A stretch of 64,000 nucleotides of DNA from Eledone cirrhosa. Its lineage: Eukaryota. The stretch lies in contig OZ024745.1 in NCBI GenBank assembly GCA_964016885.1, forward strand, positions 110,298,001 to 110,362,000, in the 5' to 3' direction. This document shows positions 23,659 to 39,767 of this stretch, piece after piece (within the stretch, counting starts at the first letter, position 1; each line of letters opens with the position of its first letter). A program made the position numbers and the translations under genes. Under the pieces are notes generated by a model. That model made no database searches and was not told the DNA's origin. It worked only from the letters and a program-made list of their open reading frames with translations.

Positions 23659-23884
23659 TTAAATAGCTCAAACCTATAATTTGTAGTGCTTTATTTTTTC
23701 AAAATTTATATTTAGGTGTAGAAATTTACAGAATGATATTTGGCAAGTAAAAACTTTAACTGTTTCACTTCAAACATCCCCCTCAGACCAAATTTGTGAA
23801 ATATTTGAAATTATGAGCCTGCTATTCTTATACAAACCCATGCTAATACTACAAAAAGAGGTCTACATTTTATTGTATATATAT

Positions 23885-24530
23885 CATCATCATTTTATGT
23901 CCACTTTTCCCTGCTTGCGAGTGTGGGACGGGTTCTATTCAGCACAGCATCTCTCCACTTGTCACGGTCCTTCGTCATCTCCTCCGTGAGCTTCAGTGAT
24001 CTGAGGTCTGGTCTCACAACCTCCACCCATATTTTTCATGGTCTTCCTCTACTGTGTCTTCCTTCTACTGGGATTTCCTGGCACTTCTTTACCCAGCGGT
24101 CATCCTCCATGTGCATCACATGTTCATACCATCGCAGTCTTCTCTTCCGCACACTACAACTTATCCCTCGTATACACAGTTTCTCTCTCAACTCATCTAT
24201 GCTTGGTCGTTCATGCACATTGACATTACACATCCAACAGAGCATGCTTGCCTCATTTCTCTCCAGCCGTCGCATATCCTCTGCAGTTGCTGCCCATGTC
24301 TCACTACCATGCAGCATCGCACATCTCACACAGGCATCATATAACTGGCCTTTCATACACAGGGAGAAACCCTTGTTTGTCATCAGAGGAAGCAGCTCCC
24401 AAAAATTCTTCCAGCCTGTCCTTATTCTAGATACTATGGCCTTGGAACACCCCCTCCCATGCTAATCTGATCACCCAGATACCGGAAGCTATCAACCACT
24501 TCTACTGTCAAATTTCCCTGTATATAAAGT
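23885..24530 (-). mobile_element. 5'-truncated RTE-clade LINE
   Basis: ORF 24036..24383: KGQLYDACVRCAMLHGSETWA...RRLRWYEHVMHM...RGRP; (GAT)n tail. Confidence 0.92.
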
Positions 24531-24614
24531 GTTTGTGTATACTAAGTTGAATAATGGCTTTACTGGCCTTAACTAGTAATATCTCAACTATATATATGTA
24601 TACATATCAATCAT

Positions 24615-24850
24615 GATGACCATGAGCTTTGCACCTAGATAGTTCCACTTTGAGGCACAAGCCCAGGCAATATTTTTTTTTGAGGAATGTCCAGCAGTTT
24701 CCCATCTCTACCGATATTGTCCAAAGGAAAGGCAAAGACCAATACAGTTTTCTATAGCAGAGTTAACTGGAGCAATGCACCTCTCTGTCCAGGGATCAAA
24801 CTCACAACCTCACAATTGTGAACCCAATGCTTTAACAACTAAGCCATATG
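24615..24850 (-). mobile_element. Old tRNA-derived SINE (relatives 41590-41860, 42100-42350, 21935-22075, 46735-46960)
   Basis: Head TGGCTTAGTTGTTAAAGCATTGG..GTGAGTTTGATCC; shared GTCCAA.GGAAAGGCAA block with the 41590 copy. Confidence 0.65.
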
Positions 24851-26329
24851 CCTGCCTCTGTGTGTGTGTGTATATACATGTAGAAAAGATAGATAAACAG
24901 ATAGAAAGACAAGCGGAGAGGTAAAAAGATAGATAGATAGATAGATGATTTTGTATGCATCTATCTCTTTTGGGGCGCGTCCGTGTGTGTGTCTGCATGT
25001 ATATGTGTGCGTGTGTGCATGTGTGTGCATGTGTATGTGTGTGTTTGGTCAGAAATCTCTTGCAGAGTATGCTAGATGTTCTTCCTTATGGTGATTGAGT
25101 AAGCTAACCGGGAATATCTAAGTTCCCTCAAAATACACACTGTCTTTGTTAATATCATGATTTATTATAATATATAATTCTATAAGGCCAGTGTCCATTG
25201 GTAAGCAAGCACGAAGTACTCTAGAGAATTCAATGCTTCACAAATGACAATAGTGATTGATGTAACAGGATAGAGATTCAATTTACAGGAATTTGTCATC
25301 AGTAATCACCTCCCCATGTCAAATATGTCAGTAATTAGATGGACTACATAAGTTTATCTTTTAAAGCACCTTTTTGTATTTTGCTGTTGATTTATTAGTA
25401 GTGAAATAGGTTATGTATTTTAGAGGAAACACTGCATTTGAAGACAATAATGTAATAATGTAAATACATTCGGAAAGAGTGGCTTCATTTGAGTTAACAG
25501 AATCAGTTGTTAGCAGTACTTGGTGACTGTACACACTTAATAGGTGAGAATATTATGTCAAAAAGTATAGCATTGAAAGCGATTCAATGTTTTTGTAAAG
25601 TGATCAGTTATTCATAGAACATGAGGCAAATGTTTGAATTTTGTACTGTGTGTCATTTGATTGTGCCAAATAGTGTTGAAGGTTATAGAGGTGGATGATT
25701 CACCAACAGAAGTGTCTCACATTTGTAATATGTAATATAGTGGGTTGGAAAACATTGATCAAATAAGATGATCTAAGAAAATCTATCTAAAGTTTTTAAA
25801 AAATCTAAAATCATCAAGCAAGGTAGGTAACTCCAATAGGTTATTGCTGGTCAAAATTCTTGGACAATGTAGAAAATACAGATTGGAGTAGATCAGTTTT
25901 TTTGACCATTCATAACCATATTTCTAAACAAAGCCACTTCCTATAATTTTAAACATAATAAAAAATTTGAGGGGTTGAGGTGGACTGACCCTTAACTTTC
26001 ATTTATGGTGGTAGCATGCAGATTTGATTTACTTCCATAAACATGATTAGTAAGAACGTGAACACATTTAAACATAAATAAATACATATAACATTATAAC
26101 ATACTTTTTGAAGAAAACTAATTTTCTTATTATTAAATTGCTGTTTGAAACATAAGGGTTCTTAAAACTATGATAAAATATTTTGTCATAGTTTTATTTA
26201 ATAATCAATTTAATAATAAGAAAGTTATATTATTCAATCCCTCAAAACTTTTGAAAATATAAACACTTTGAAATAAAATTTTGAAAGTAAGCTATCTTAC
26301 AATAAGTCTAACATTCTCTGTAAAATTGA

Positions 26330-26590
26330 AAAGAGTTTGTCCACCCTCGCTGAGGACCATGATGCCAGGCATCTCACCATCAACCATACTGTCTCCTCCT
26401 TTGAAAACACTTCTAGCACTACCCTTGAGGACAAAAGGCACAGGAAGAACTGCAACATAACATGATCAAAACCTGACAAGACATTCTGCAGCTGCACCTG
26501 TCTGTCCTGCATTAGCCTTCACAGCCATGAGCATACCTGCAGTTAATGTGGACCACTCGCTTGTTAATCTTTGTTTGCCACGATCATGAT
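26330..26590 (+). mobile_element. 3' end of a BovB-like RTE LINE
   Basis: TLAEDHDA.HLTINHTVSSFENT...LEDKRHRK...TCLSCISLHSHEHTC: C-terminal region with a decayed C2H2-like tail. Confidence 0.6.
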
Positions 26591-27389
26591 AAATAGTAGT
26601 TAAAATAACTTATGGAAGATGAGATGTAAATAAAGGAATTTTGAGTTGAAATGCAAAGTGGTTATTTCAGAAGTCTGAAACTGTAATGAAGATATAATTC
26701 AAAGAAATGAAAAAAATGTAAATTATTGATTCAAGTTCATCTACTGTTAACATGCAGCTTTTCATAGGGTTTGTCTTCTATACTTGTATTTCAAGTATTT
26801 CTATCCCTACCGAAACTGAGTTCAGTTTATATTGGGTTCAGGCCTTGTGTTGAACATTTGAAGTTGGAATAAAAATTCATCATTTGAAAAGCAACTCAGA
26901 ATAAATTATCTGATTAGAGCTTCTGATACTAGAGTCATAGCAAGAAGGGGATGAGGGGGAAGTAATCCTCCCTACACATTCAATTATGAAGGAGTACAAC
27001 ATTTCTTCTAGCTATCATACCTGTTAATGAAGATGGACCTGTCCATGATACACCTGTCTGATATAAGCATATACTTTCTTAATTTATATTTTATTCTTAT
27101 TAACTCATGCTGCAGTCACATAGCAATTCCTTTTATATTCTATTTAAGAAGTGTGATTTAGAAGGTAGAAGTGAGAAGGCAACATTTAAATCTGCAGGAT
27201 AAAAAATTCTAATAACTGTCATATATGTGGTTCTTGTTTTATCAACTCTGGAAGGATGTAGACCAAAGTTGATCCCACTGGGCTCTGAATTCAAAATATA
27301 CAGGGTTGAAATTAACCCTTTTCATACCAACCCATCTGAAACAGCCTCTGATTCTGCAATACAAAACTGTTTATTTTAAAGTGTTTATA

Positions 27390-28140
27390 TCATCATCATC
27401 ATCATTTTACGTCAGCTTTTCCCTGCTTGCAAGGGTTAGATGGGTCCTATTCAGCACAGCATCTCTTCACTTATCACGGTCCTTCGTCATCTCCTCAGTG
27501 AGTTTCAGCGATCTGAGGTCTGCTCGCACCACGTCTGCCCATGTTTTATGTGGTCTACCTCTACTGCATCTTCCTTCTACTGGGATTTCTTGGCACTTCT
27601 TTACCCAGCAGTCATCCTCCATGTGCATCACATGTCCATACCATCTCAGCCTTCTCTCCTGCACACCACAACTTATCCTTCTTATATCCAGTTTCTTTCT
27701 CAACTCGCCTATGCTTGGTCATTCACGCATATTGACATTGCACATCCAACGGAGCATACTTGCTTCATTTCTCTCCAGCTGTCGCATATCCTCTGCAGTT
27801 GCCGCCCATGTCTCACTACCATGCAGCATCGCGCATCTCACACAGGCATCATATAACCGTCCTTTCGTATGCAGGGAGAAACCCTTCTTTGTCAACAAAG
27901 GAAGCAGCTCCCTAAACTTTCTTCCAACCCGTCCTTATTCTAGATACTATAGCCTGTGCCCCCCCCCCCCCCCCCCACCCATGCTAATCTGATCACCTAG
28001 GTACCGGAAGCTATCAACCACTTCTATAGAATCCACCTGCATTGGGAAAATGTGTCTATCACTGCGATTAATACTGCCAACTTTCCCTGTACATCTACTG
28101 CATACATAGTTTTCCCTACCTGTTAGTTTGCCTAACTGAA
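27390..28140 (-). mobile_element. 5'-truncated RTE-clade LINE
   Basis: IEVVDSFRYLGDQIS, RRLRWYGHVMHMEDDCWVKKC...RGRPHKTW; same subfamily as 23885-24530. Confidence 0.92.
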
Positions 28141-30329
28141 AATCTTCCATTATGATTTTATATAAGAATCTTTGCTAAGTTATGTTTCAAACAGAAGTTT
28201 AATATTGAGAATGTTACTAAATTTTTCCAAATTCTTGATTATTTTCAAAATTATTTGAAAACCATAAGCAGTATCATTTGTTAGAAATATGGTAATAAAA
28301 GAGTTAATAGCAACCATAAAATGATAGGAAAATCTCTTGGCGTATAAGACTGGGAAAAACATCAAAGAAATCAAGCATCTGAATTAACCCAATTCATACT
28401 AAACCACCTGAGACAATCTCTTTCATTTGAAATATAGAAACAAAAGAGTTAAGATTCTGTCTAAAGCAAATTGAAACAGTGAAATATTCAGCTCTTGTCA
28501 ATGATGTCATGTTGTAATGAAATTCTGTTAAAACATGCAGAGCATTAAAATGCCAAAGAAAATATTCTCTATAGATGAGACAAAAGAAAAACAGATGAAG
28601 TAAAACAAAACTACAATTTTGTGATAATATTCCAATAAAAAAATTTTTTTTTTCTAGTGTTTTTTTTTTGTAACAATAATAAATATGGATGCTGATATTT
28701 ATGTAATGTATATATAATATATCAATAAAAAAAAAAATTATCTTATCACATAGTAGACATGGTTCACCATGTTTTATTTTATTTTATTACTGCAAGGGGC
28801 TGAAGATAGGCAATTTGCTTAAAAGATACTATTTTAGTAATTTGGATTAGTCAACTTCAGACTGTTACAGCATTACTTGATATGAAATCTTTAGCAAAAT
28901 AACAAACTGATAAGATTAAATTTACGTCACTCTATTCAACATGATAAACACAGGGCATGAATTCAACATGTCTGTTTGTCAAAAAATTGCAATAATTCAT
29001 GGTTAAATACATATACAGAAAATGTTCAGCTTTCATACAATTTAACAGCTATACAACATTTGGTGTAAAGTATTCTCGCCCATAGATCACTTCTAATCTA
29101 CCTCTCATCTATCTAGCAAGTTTCTTATTCTCCACTCTATCTATCTATATATCTCTCATTTACATAAAATCATACCAACAATATCAGACTTTTACTTTTT
29201 ATAATTTAATCTGAGGAGGAGAGACAGCACTCATAGACTTTATAGGTTTTTCTAGGCTAGTGGGGTGCATTGTGTTGATGTTCTGTATCTATAGCAACAT
29301 ATCTTTAAGTGGCTTGTAATGTCTCACATGTAACAGCTATAATATCTGCCCTGCATTACCAGTTTCATCACTTTTCTCTCTATACTCATAATGTGATACA
29401 CCAGCAGGACAGTCTTGTGGTCTTTGAAGGTCATTAAGACATAGATAGCTAAACAGGCCCATGCCTGACTATATGTTGTTTCAATTCATTTCAACACTCA
29501 CTATCTTCCTGTACTGTGCTACAAAGATAACAGTGAGCCAAGGATTATTGTCACTGCCTATGCCTCATTTCATTCTATGTATTGTGGTACCATTCTAGGA
29601 GTATGAGTGGAATCCCAGCTGTATGTGCTTTCTTGTCTTTCCCTCAATCTTGAAAAACAAGCCCATACTCTCATATACCTAACCATAGCTGCTATAAACC
29701 ACATTATTTCACATGTAGGTAAGGGCTTTCTTTAACTGCTCCTTTGGAGGAATCTTATAAATCCCTCTGCTTTTCAAGAAGCAAGAATGTGTTAATTTTC
29801 TTTTGCCCTTCTTTATTAAAACCACCAAGTGTGGGCTATTTTGGGAACATACTTCTCGTACATTCTTTTTTGTGTTTTAGTGTGCCAACTCAGGTTTTAG
29901 TAACTCTCTAATACTGGTAACATAAACAAACATTACATTCATACTGTCTCTATTGTAAGAGTTTTGATCATCACCAATACTTCTGTTTACTCGTTTAAGG
30001 AATTTTTGCATTTATCTTTTCCAATTTTGCATTTATCTTATGTCAGTGTGTTTAATTGTTTTCTTTAATATCTGTTAAACTTTCAGGGAAGTATCCCATT
30101 ATCTCAGTGCAAGCAATGTTTACAAAATTATTCAAAAGTGACTGATGACAATTTATAGATTGTCTTTTTCTCTGCTAAATAGAGGTAAAACAACAAAAAT
30201 GGTCTTCTTATTTCTATAAGAAGCAGGCATATAAGACATGGTACAGAAAAAATTCCAAATTAGAAAGCACAATACTAACAATTTGAGAGCAGGGTTTAAA
30301 CTGCCGTCAGTACAGGGCTGGTTTTAAAT

Positions 30330-30828
30330 TTTATTTAACCTGTAAGGATGAAAGACAAAGTTGACTGTGACAGGATTTGAATGCAGAACTTATAGAACCA
30401 GTTTGTACAAATCTTCCACCAATAATGATAATGGTTTCTAAGTTAGGCACAAGGCCAAAAATTTGGAGAAGGGGAAAGTTGATTAAATCAACCCCTGTAT
30501 TTAACTGGTACTTTATTTTATCAACCCCCCCAGGAAAGATAAAAGACAAAGTTGACCTCAACGGGATTTGAACTCAGAACGTAAAGGGTCATAACTATGC
30601 CTCAAAGCATGGTATCTGACGTTCTAATGATAATAATAATTGATTCTACTATTGGCACAAGGCCAGCAATTACCCCAGTGCATTACTGGTGCTTTATTTT
30701 ATCGACCCCCGTAAGGATGACAGGCAAAGTTAACGTTGGCAGGATTTAAACTCAGAACGTAAAGGGCCATAACTATATGCTGCAAATTATGGTGCCTGAC
30801 ACTCTACCATTACTGGCAATCCACCGCC
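30330..30828 (-). mobile_element. Head-to-tail cluster of three SINE A copies
   Basis: Three GGATGA/GAT..AAAG.CAAAGTT blocks at ~30346, ~30537 and ~30715. Confidence 0.85.
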
Positions 30829-30830
30829 CT

Positions 30831-30863
<33 letters not shown>

Positions 30864-30866
<3 letters not shown>

Positions 30867-31095
30867 GTGATCCCGATTGTCATAGGCGCACTGGGGACTA
30901 TCTCCAAAAGTTTCCAGGGATGGTTAAAGAAAATCGGCCCCTTCACGCTTTTTGGAACGCTTCAAAAGGCATGCTTGCTGGGAACAGCAAGAACCCTCCG
31001 ATACGTCCTGAATATCTGAGGCTGCAGGTAGTGGCTTGATATTCATTCCAACGGACTTTCCAGTTAACCAACATCAATGACTGAGATTCAAGGAA
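30864..31095 (+). mobile_element. Short 3' fragment of an R4/Dong-type RLE retrotransposon in a (TAA)n tract
   Basis: KVIPIVIGALGTISKSFQGWLKKIG...LQKACLLGTARTLRYVLNI* uninterrupted; (AAT)n on both sides. Confidence 0.85.
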
Positions 31096-31524
31096 TAACA
31101 ACAATAATAATAACAATAATAATAATAACACGAGGGATACAGTCGACTTGCATTCATTTATACTATGTGACATAACGAGCCAGATAATTAATAACGCATG
31201 TAAATATGTGTCCAGTTATGTGTAATGGTTAGTGCTTAAGTAGGTTATAAGTTTCAAACCTGATACTGACGTTGTATTATGTCGTCTGAGTACGACACTG
31301 AATTATATTTGCATAATGATTCATGTCTTATTAGAAATCAATATTTCTAACTATGTCTTTAATTTACTAAGTATTTCATTCACTCATAAGTTACCAATTT
31401 GATACACTTTGGCATTACTGCTTCAATTCTTAATCTCTTTGACTTATACCCTTAGAACTTTCAGATTAAAGCATCTCTGAAACACTGCCAACTGGATTGT
31501 AACAATGAATAAAGTAATAACCTT

Positions 31525-31565
31525 GTACACACACACACACACATGTGTGTGTGTGTGTGTGTGTG

Positions 31566-31621
<56 letters not shown>

Positions 31622-31868
31622 TATATTATATATATATATATAATATATATATATTATATATATAATATATATATACTGTATAATATATATATACTGTATA
31701 TATATAATATATATATATTATATATATAATATATATATACTGTATATATATATATATATAATATATATATATTATATATATATATAATATATATATATTA
31801 TATATATATTATATATATATATATACAGTATATATATATTATATTATATATTATATATATATATATAT
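31525..31868. repeat. (CA)n/(TG)n and long degenerate (TA)n microsatellite; similar tracts at 32060-32198, 33047-33344, 35297-35530 and 35720-36100
   Basis: Direct reading. Confidence 0.97.
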
Positions 31869-31869
31869 A

Positions 31870-32060
31870 AGGGCAGTGGATTGGCAGTATCGGTAGAGGG
31901 TCGGACGCCATGCTTTCCAGCATAGTTACGTCCCTTTACGATCTGAGTTCAAATCCCGCCGAGGTTGACTTTGCCTTTCATCCTTACGGGGTAGATAAAA
32001 TAAAGTACCAGTAATGCACTGGGTAATTGCTGGCCTTGTGCCTAAAGTAGAAACAATTAT
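31870..32060 (+). mobile_element. SINE A (young, full length)
   Basis: GGGCAGTGGATTGGCAGTATCGGTAGAG...GAGTTCAAATCCC...GTAGAAACAATTAT. Confidence 0.93.
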
Positions 32061-32199
32061 ATATATATATATATAATATATATATATTATATATATATAT
32101 TATATATATATATAATATATATATATTATATATATATAATATATATATTTTATATATATATATATAATATACATATATTATATATATATATATATATAT

Positions 32200-32545
32200 C
32201 ATCATCATCATCATCATTTCATTTAACGTCTGCTTTTCCCTGCTTGCAAGGGTGGGACGGTAACTGATTTTGGCTTGATTTCTACAGCTGGATGCCCTTC
32301 CTAACACCAACCTCATTTACAGTGAGTTCTGGGTGCTTTTTTGCCGTGGCACCTACACAACCACTTTGCAGTGGAATGATATGGACCCCAGTCCTTATCA
32401 TCTCAATTCTACAGCTGAGTAAACTGGAGAAATGTGAAATAAAGTGTCTTGCTAAGGAAACAACACATCACCCGGTCTGAGAATTGAACTGACAACCTTT
32501 CGATTGCAAGGCCAATGCTCTAACCACTAAGCCATGTGCTTCCAT
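32200..32545 (-). mobile_element. SINE B (second partial copy at 32875-33047)
   Basis: Near-identical to 6180-6522. Confidence 0.92.
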
Positions 32546-32565
32546 ATATATAATATATATATATT

Positions 32566-32874
32566 AAACGGAAAAAATGAAACGAAATTTCATTCCCACT
32601 CTTAGTACGGCTGTTACTTAAATATAAATATGTACACGTACATACATATATGTATACAGACGTACAGTAGTATGTATATATATATATATACATACATGCA
32701 CACATATATATGTACGTATCGATTCACCGAACATTTATTATAATGCTCAGTGTGTTTGTAAACAAATATCCCGTATTAAGCCGTAGTGTCCAGCAACCAT
32801 AGTTGCTCATTTGTTCAACACTGACAAAGGAACGCTGTACTAGTTTCAAGCTTATTAGCTATCGTCAGCAACGT
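32566..32874 (-). mobile_element. Hammerhead-bearing short element (direct sibling at 34230-34530)
   Basis: ~300-bp near-identical direct repeat pair, TA-associated. Confidence 0.85.
32832..32874 (-). ncRNA. Minimal type I hammerhead ribozyme
   Basis: Minus: ACGTTG CTGACGA T AGCT AATA AGCT T GAAA C TA GTA^ CAGCGT. 6-bp stem I; palindromic stem III ACTAGT; U.U at the base of stem II. Confidence 0.78.
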
Positions 32875-33111
32875 GCTGGGTGCTTTTTTGCCGTGGAATG
32901 ATATGGACCTCATTTCTACAGCAGAGTAAACTGGAGCAATGTGAAATAAAGTGTCTTGCTCAAGGAAACAACCCATCACCCGGTCTGAGAATTGAACTCA
33001 CAACCTTTCGATTGTGAGGGCAATGCTCTAACCACTAAGCCATGTGTTATATATATATATTATATATATATATATTATATATATATATTATATATATTAT
33101 ATATTATATTA

Positions 33112-33150
<39 letters not shown>

Positions 33151-33277
33151 ATATATATATTATATATATATATTATATATTATATATATTATATATATTA
33201 TATATATTATATATATATATTATATATATTATATATATTATATATATTATATATATATATTATATATATTATATATA

Positions 33278-33309
<32 letters not shown>

Positions 33310-33344
33310 TATTTATATATATATATATATAATATATATATATA

Positions 33345-35424
<2,080 letters not shown>

Positions 35425-35532
35425 ATATGTATATATATTATCATCATCATCATCATCATCAACGTTTAACGTCCGTGTTCCACGCTTGCATGGGTATATT
35501 ATATATATATATATTATATATATATATTATTA

Positions 35533-35722
35533 GGGCGGTGGATTGGCAGTATCGGTAGAGGGTCAGACACCATGCTTTCCAGCATAGTTACGTCCCTTTA
35601 CGATCTGAGTTCAAATCCCGCCGAGGTTGACTTTGCCTTTCATCCTTACGAGGTCGATAAAATAAAGTACCAGTAATGCACTGGGATAATTGATGGCCTT
35701 GTGCCAAAAGTAGAAACAATTA
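35533..35722 (+). mobile_element. SINE A (young, full length)
   Basis: Near-identical to other young copies. Confidence 0.93.
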
Positions 35723-35897
35723 TATATATATATTATATATATTATATATATATATATGGACGTTAAACGATGATGATGATGATTATATATATATATTATA
35801 TATATATATATTATATATATATATTATATATATATATATTATATATATATATTATACATATATATATATTATATATATATATATACATTATATATAT

Positions 35898-35931
<34 letters not shown>

Positions 35932-36069
35932 TAAATAGACATGATGGTTGATCACATGCCATCTATTATATATATATATATTATATATATATATTATACA
36001 TATATATATATTATATATATATATTATATATATATATTATACATATATATATTATATATATATATACAT

Positions 36070-36107
<38 letters not shown>

Positions 36108-38399
36108 TAAATAGACATGATGGTTGATCTCATGCCATCTTGACTCAGCCACTTCTGACTCACTTCTCTCACCTCCTCTCATCACCCTTGCTGTATCCAG
36201 CCTCCCAAGCCCCACACTAACCACTACACATATGTATTTTATTGAAATTAGCTAGAGTTAGATGCTTCAACACATGTATTCTTTTTTAATTATGAAAATA
36301 GTCTAACAAATGTGACATACAAGATCCTGAATATAAAAAAATAAAAAATCGGACAGTGTCACCCAATGGGACTTGAAATCACATCTGCCCTATATTGAAG
36401 GGTGGTGCTTAACCAATAGCACCAAAGCAAGTCTTACAAACGTTTCTTTAAGACACAGCTGTGATGTGAACAAAGTTTACAGTTGCAATTGGAAGGACTA
36501 TTGCATACCTGGCAAGTACTTTGTTGGCTTTCAGTGCTGAGTTAGGATATAACTTAGAAAAGCATTGATCTGAAGTCTATAAGTTTAATCTCTACGTGAC
36601 TGATATATTCAGTTCGTAAAAGATATGTAATTGACTCAATTTACCACACTTGCATGAAATAAATATTCCATCAACAAGATAAAACTTTTTTCTTAATTTT
36701 AGTATTTCATTTATGATCATATTAGTTTGCTGTTCTTGTTTAACTTCAGAATTTTATCAAGCAAGTGTTATGTCCAGTAAAATTTCTTAGGTCAAAATGA
36801 CTGGAATGAAATAACCAGAAATGCAGTTTCTTATATGTAATTCTGTCAGAAGAATCAAAATTAACGACATAGTTGATGGGTACTAAAACACCTGAAGGTG
36901 AGAGGAGAAAATTCTTGGAGAATTGTTATAATAAAATCATCATTAATAGTAAGGTTAGTTCATAATTGGTATGCTAGCAGCAGAATACATTTGACACTAA
37001 AAGCTAAGTTAAATCTCACAACTGTCACAAGCACATCTTAGTGTTGTCAATTTGTGTGAAAGCAGACTATAACCAATGAAGATTGTATCAGCTATACTGG
37101 TGTTGGCCAATTCTGTCTGTAAATCAGGCGATAATTGAAACTAGTGTTTCTCTTTGGCAGTTCATCCCCTGGCAACACTAAAACTGTTGATGCTTCTGGT
37201 TAGTTATTTATATCTATTTACTCTTATCACCCCCGTGTTAAAGTTTAAAGTGAATTTACAAGTAATGTGTCAATACATAAATTATTGCATTTAACCAAAT
37301 AAATAGGAAAATATATTGATACTTAGTGACAAAGATAAATGATTTCATAATGACTAGTATAAAAGAATGTTGAGAACAAGGAACTAATTTCAAAGTCAAA
37401 AAGCTAAGGACAGGCTTATAGGTAAAAGTTTTAATAATGAACATTTCATATGACAATAAGGGAATTTATATAAATACCATAAGAGAATGATAAAACAATT
37501 TGTTTTTAAAAGAGATTTTAATGTATAAATAATCAATTGTCACTGTTAATCCAGCTGGGGTGGTGGCATTTAGAAGATTATTCATAATCTGGGATTACTT
37601 ATACCAAAATGACAATGGACATATTTTAAATCTTAGGATTTTATCATTTTATTTCATCTATAAATATAATTAGTTTTCAGTTTAACTTTGGATTCATTGA
37701 GATTAAGATATCAGATAGTATTGGGTTTTTCACATACATTTAATTTTTTGTATTTATAGAAAGATTATTGATATTTTGACTTAATAGATTTGGTAACAAG
37801 GTAAAAAAATATTTTTCCAATTTATGAGAATGAAAAATTCAGCATATTAAAAAAATACAAGATTATTAGTTTTCTTTATTTTAAAAAGTTAATGATATAT
37901 AATCAATATATTTAATTGTAGTATATTAGTATTTTATCAATGTAAAATTATACATCTCCAGGTTGTGTTGTTTTAACTTCTTCTCCTTGTTACATTGTTT
38001 AGTATGGAATTAGAAGAAAACAGCAACAATAATATTATAGAACAACATATATTGAATAAACTTTGGTGTATAAGTATTCAACAATGACAAAATAATGGAA
38101 TATTTAAGTATAGTATATTGGTTATGAAAGATGGTGAAGTGGCAGTGTTGTTACAATTTTGGATAAAATGCTTCACCATATTTGTTTTGACTGTGCACTG
38201 AGTTCAAATCCTGCCAAAGTCAACTGTGCCTTTCATCCTTTTGAGGTTGATAAAAAAACTACCAATCTAGTACTGGAGTTGATTCGTCCTCTATCTTTAT
38301 TTCTCACTTTTTACCCTTCTTTGGAAAAAATCTGCTCCTGGTCAGACTTGGAGAGGTGATGGGCTCTACCAGGTGTTAAAAATGCCCAAGAAATGATGT

Positions 38400-39760
38400 A
38401 TGTCAGTATGACTCCCTTACAACTCTAACAGGTGTTACAAGTACATACATACTATGAAAAGAGGTAGATTGTCTGAGACAAGAGGCATTACACTTCCTAT
38501 GGCTAAAAGAATAAAGCAAGTAGATAAAGAAACTGGCTACAAGTATCAAGGAGATATATAAACTGAAAGCATGAGATACAAAAGAAATGCAAGATGTACT
38601 AGAAAACTATTATATAAGAGTAGAGAAGATATTAAAATCTCCCTTGAACAGTAGAAATGTCATCATAGCTATCAAGTCACATGCTATCTTCATTGTTCGA
38701 TGCAATGTAGTTATTATTAACTGGAATATGTAAGTAATACTGGATATTGATAGAAAAACTAGGAAGTTGCTGATGATGTACAATATGCTTTGTAAAAAAG
38801 GTGATATTTATAGACTGTATATAAAATGCTGTGATGTTGGAAGAGATCTGATTAGCTTAGAAGATTGTAATGCAATGGAGGAACACTGTTTGTGTCAGAA
38901 AGTGAAGACAAATTGCTGAGATCTGTGAAATAAGAAGGAACAATAAACACCAGAAAAGAGAAAGATGTAGACAGTAGGAAAGAAAAACTGAAAGAGGAAA
39001 AATACAAAATTTTCTTCAAGTTTACAACTTTAAGAAGCACTAGGACTTGGTATTGGTTAAGAAAAGTAGGTTTGATGAAAGCTACAGAAGTTACTATAAT
39101 GCCAACAAGAAAACGTATAAATAAGGAGGATATATTGCTACTATGTTAATTTGTAATGAAAGAGAAGAGACTGTAGCCCTCTTAGCATCAAAGTGTAAGC
39201 ACCTAGTGCAAGTACAGTATAAAGGCTCAAGACACAACAAAATTGCTTCATTTATTCACTGGTAAAAAAAATTGTACAAAACAGCACAGAAAACTCCAGA
39301 AAAATAGAATAAACACAGAGCAGTAAAAATCATCAAAAATACAACAACAAAATTCTGAGACATGAAACAATCCTGACAGACAAGAAACTGGAACATTCAG
39401 TTGTTTGGTAGAAAGATACTAAACATAGACCACCCATTCAACAACATGGGGAAAGAAAAAAGAAGACAAGAAGATAGATATATACCAGGATCTAAAGTGG
39501 GAAATAAAAAGAATGTAGAACTGCAAAGAGATAATAATAATTCCTGTTACAATAGGATCACTATATAATGTGTTGTAATATCACCAGATAGCTATCTATG
39601 ATCAGCTTAACAATAAACATCACAGCACTACAAAATGTGTGATTCCTTAGTACAGCTAGAATCTTAAGATATGGGCTGAATATCTGAAGATACAGATAGT
39701 GGATTGATGTTCAGGGAACAAAACCAGCAAAATCAACAATATTACTGCTGTGAAAATTAA
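38400..39760 (+). mobile_element. Heavily decayed R4/Dong-type RLE retrotransposon, 3' part
   Basis: LDIDRKTRKLLMMYNMLCKKGDIYRLYIK...GRDLIS; YQDLKWEIKRM; IPVTIGSL; STARILRYGLNI*. Same C-terminus as 30864-31019. Confidence 0.8.
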
Positions 39761-39767
39761 AGAATGA

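Noticed and set aside
29200-29760. Possible integrase-like relic on the minus strand
   Set aside because: Only vague motif resemblance across many stops, and the order of putative domains is inconsistent.
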